Source: the human T2T-CHM13v2.0 reference genome, Homo sapiens. From it: 64,000 nt of DNA. Under the pieces are notes generated by a model that ran no database searches, was not told the DNA's origin, and was given only the letters and a program-made list of their open reading frames with translations. Each line of letters begins with the position of its first letter. The stretch's first letter is position 1. Below, in pieces: positions 61,781-64,000 of this stretch. Location of the stretch: the NCBI RefSeq assembly GCF_009914755.1, contig NC_060931.1; one strand, written 5' to 3'. The translations under genes were made by a program, and so were the position numbers.

Positions 61781-64000
61781 GATTTGATGCCAACAGTAGA
61801 AAAGGAAGTATCTTCAAATAAAAACTAGACAGAATCATTCTCAGAAACTACTTTGTGATGTGTGCCTTCAACTCACAGAGTTTAACCTTTCTTTTCTTAG
61901 AGCAGCTTAGAAACACTCTGCTTGTTATGTCTGCAAGTGGATATTTGGACCTCTTTGAGGCCTTCGTTGCAAACGGGGTTTCTTCCTTTCATGCTAGACT
62001 AAGAAGAGTTCTCAGTAACTTTTTTGTGTTGTGTGTATTCAACTCACAGAGTTGAACCTTGCTTTAGAGAGAGCAGATTTGAAACACTCTTGCTGTGGCA
62101 TTTTCAGGTGGAGATTTCAAGCGATTTGAGGACAATTGCAGAAAAGGAAATATCTTCGTATAATAACCAGACAGAATCATTCTCAGAAAGTGCTTTGTGA
62201 TGTGTGCGTTCGACTCACAGAGTTTAACCTTTCTTTTCATAGAGGAGTTTGGAAACACACTGTTTGTAAAGTCTGCAATTGGATATATGGACCTCTTTGA
62301 GGCCTCCGTTGGAAACGGGATTTCTTCATTGAATGCTAGACGGAAGAAATCTCAGTAAATTCTTTGTGTTGTGTGCATTCAACTCACAGAGTGGAACGTC
62401 CCTTTAGACAGAGCAGATTTGAAACACTCTTTTTGCGGAATTTGCAAGTGGAGATTTCTAGCCATTTGATGCCAACAGTAGAAAGGGAAATATCTTCAAA
62501 TAAAAACCAGACAGAATCATTCTCAGAAAATTCTTTGTGATGTGTGCGTTCAACTCACATAGTTTAACCTTTCTTTTCATAGAGCAGTTTGGAAACACTC
62601 TGTTTGTAAAGTCTGCAAGTGGATATATGGACCGCATTGAGGCCTTCGTTGGAAACGGGATTTCTTCATTTCATGCTAGACAGAAGAATTCTCAGTAACT
62701 TCTTTGTGCTGTGTGTATTCAACTCACAGAGTGGAACGTCCCTTTGCACAGAGCAGATTTGAAACACTCTTTTTGTGGAGTTTGCAAGTGGAGATTTCAA
62801 GCGATTTGATGCCAACAGTAGAAAAGGAAGTATCTTCAAATAAAAACTAGACAGAATCATTCTCAGAAACTACTTTGTGATGTGTGCCTTCAACTCACAG
62901 AGTTTAACCTTTCTTTTCTTAGAGCAGCTTAGAAACACTCTGCTTGTTATGTCTGCAAGTGGATATTTGGACCTCTTTGAGGCCTTCGTTGCAAACGGGG
63001 TTTATTCCTTTAATGCTAGACTAAGAAGAGTTCTCAGTAACTTTTTTGTGTTGTGTGTATTCAACTCACAGAGTTGAACCTTGCTTTAGAGAGAGCAGAT
63101 TTGAAACACTCTTGCTGTGGCATTTTCAGGTGGAGATTTCAAACGATTTGAGGACAATTGCAGAAAAGGAAATATCTTCGTATAATAACCAGACAGAATC
63201 ATTCTCAGAAAGTGCTTTGTGATGTGTGCGTTCAACTCACAGAGTTTAACCTTTCCTTTCATAGAGGAGTTTGGAAACACACTGTTTGTAAAGTCTGCAA
63301 GTGGATATATGGACCTGTTTGAGGCCTTCGTTGGAAACGGGATTTTATCATATAATGCTAGAAGGAAGAATTCTCAGTAAATTCTTTGTGTTGTATGCAT
63401 TCAACTCACAGAGTGGAACGTCCCTTTAGACAGAGCAGATTTGAAACACTCTTTTTGCGGAATTTGCAAGTGGAGATTTCTAGCCATTTGATGCCAACAG
63501 TAGAAAGTTAAATATCTTCAAATAAAAACCAGACAGAATCATTCTCAGAAAATTCTTTGTGATGTGTGCGTTCAACTCACATAGTTTAACCTTTCTTTTC
63601 ATAGAGCAGTTTGGAAACACTCTGTTTGTAAAGTCTGCAAGTGGATATATGGACCGCATTGAGGCCTTCGTTGGAAACGGGATTTCTTCATTTCATGCTA
63701 GACAGAAGAATTCTCAGTAACTTCTTTGTGCTGTGTGTATTCAACTCACAGAGTGGAACGTCCCTTTACACAGAGCAGATTTGAAACACTCTTTTTGTGG
63801 AGTTTGCAAGTGGAGATTTCAAGCGATTTGATGCCAACAGTAGAAAATGAAATATCTTCAAATAAAAACTAGACAGAATCATTCTCAGAAACTACTTTGT
63901 GATGTGTGCCTTCAACTCACAGAGTTTAACCTTTCTTTTCTTAGAGCAGTTTAGAAACACTCTGCTTGTTATGTCTGCAAGTGGATATTTGGACCTCTTT

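Larger units (their letters stand above)
1..64000 (+). repeat. Centromeric alpha-satellite HOR array: 6-mer HOR of 1022 bp, about 63 copies, head-to-tail, suprachromosomal family 1 (dimeric J1/J2 type)
   Basis: Seen: alphoid motifs (CATTCTCAGAAA, TTCAACTCACAGAG, GAGCAGATTTGAAACACTCT, CTTCGTTGGAAACGGGA) recur at monomer or dimer spacing. Homologous ORF coordinates step by 1022 bp (2197, 3219, 4241 ... 62064, 63086). CENP-B boxes fall in every second monomer. Confidence 0.99.
1..64000 (+). repeat. D7Z1: Probable identity: human chromosome 7 active centromeric array D7Z1 (S1C7H1L)
   Basis: Seen: SF1 6-mer with GAATTC in two of the three dimers (the third reads GAGTTC), giving 340 and 682 bp EcoRI fragments. 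Known: D7Z1 is an SF1 6-mer of ~1.02 kb described from EcoRI dimer and tetramer clones. The monomers differ from my recollection of the chr1/5/19 SF1 HOR. Not verified by alignment. Confidence 0.82.

Noticed and set aside
277-63280. Roughly 200 short ORFs of 62-114 aa on both strands (MNTHNTKK, MFPNSSMK, MILSSFYL, MMCAFNSQ families)
   Set aside because: They are chance open frames repeated with the 1022 bp satellite period. They overlap on opposite strands, often use non-ATG starts, show no recognisable domain, and appear or vanish with single SNVs.
1-64000. CRISPR-like or other repeat-spacer array
   Set aside because: The sequence between conserved motifs is itself repeated, so there are no unique spacers, and no cas or other genes are present.
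1-64000. Embedded L1, Alu or other insertion, or an inversion
   Set aside because: Every HOR step is accounted for (1022 bp or shorter), no non-alphoid sequence or poly-A tail was seen, and all CENP-B boxes are on the same strand.
1-64000. Synthetic centromere model sequence (GRCh38-style) or an engineered alphoid array
   Set aside because: Rare SNVs stay in phase over 5-19 kb blocks, which a monomer-level generative model would not be expected to reproduce. No tetO, lacO or vector sequence is present.
1-64000. Assignment to the chr1/5/19 SF1 array (D1Z7/D5Z2/D19Z3)
   Set aside because: That array is also SF1, but as I recall its monomers carry different diagnostic sequence. The strict 6-mer with a 340 + 682 EcoRI pattern fits D7Z1 better; an HMM classification would settle it.
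1-64000. A previously undescribed biological system
   Set aside because: Everything visible is explained by known alpha-satellite structure and turnover. Any novelty is limited to the specific variants and duplication history listed.

Overview
The whole 64 kb window is one uninterrupted, single-orientation array of primate (human-type) centromeric alpha satellite. It contains no genes, transposons or unique sequence. The ~171 bp monomers alternate as A-box/CENP-B-box dimers (340/342/340 bp), and three dimers form a 1022 bp 6-monomer higher-order repeat (HOR), present in about 63 copies. The dimeric SF1 organisation, the 6-mer period and the 340 + 682 bp EcoRI pattern best match the active chromosome 7 array D7Z1 (S1C7H1L); this assignment is from recall, not a database search. 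All ORFs in the track are repeat artefacts. I found no evidence of a novel coding system. The informative signal is the array's internal history: two related 4-mer HOR variants, a 78 bp out-of-register deletion that removes a CENP-B box, small indels, nested block duplications (1, 2, 5, 10 and 18-19 HORs), a four-gamete recombination signature, a recurrent multi-nucleotide patch, and a common allele that breaks one of the three CENP-B boxes in about 40% of HORs. Variant calls were made by eye and block boundaries are approximate.
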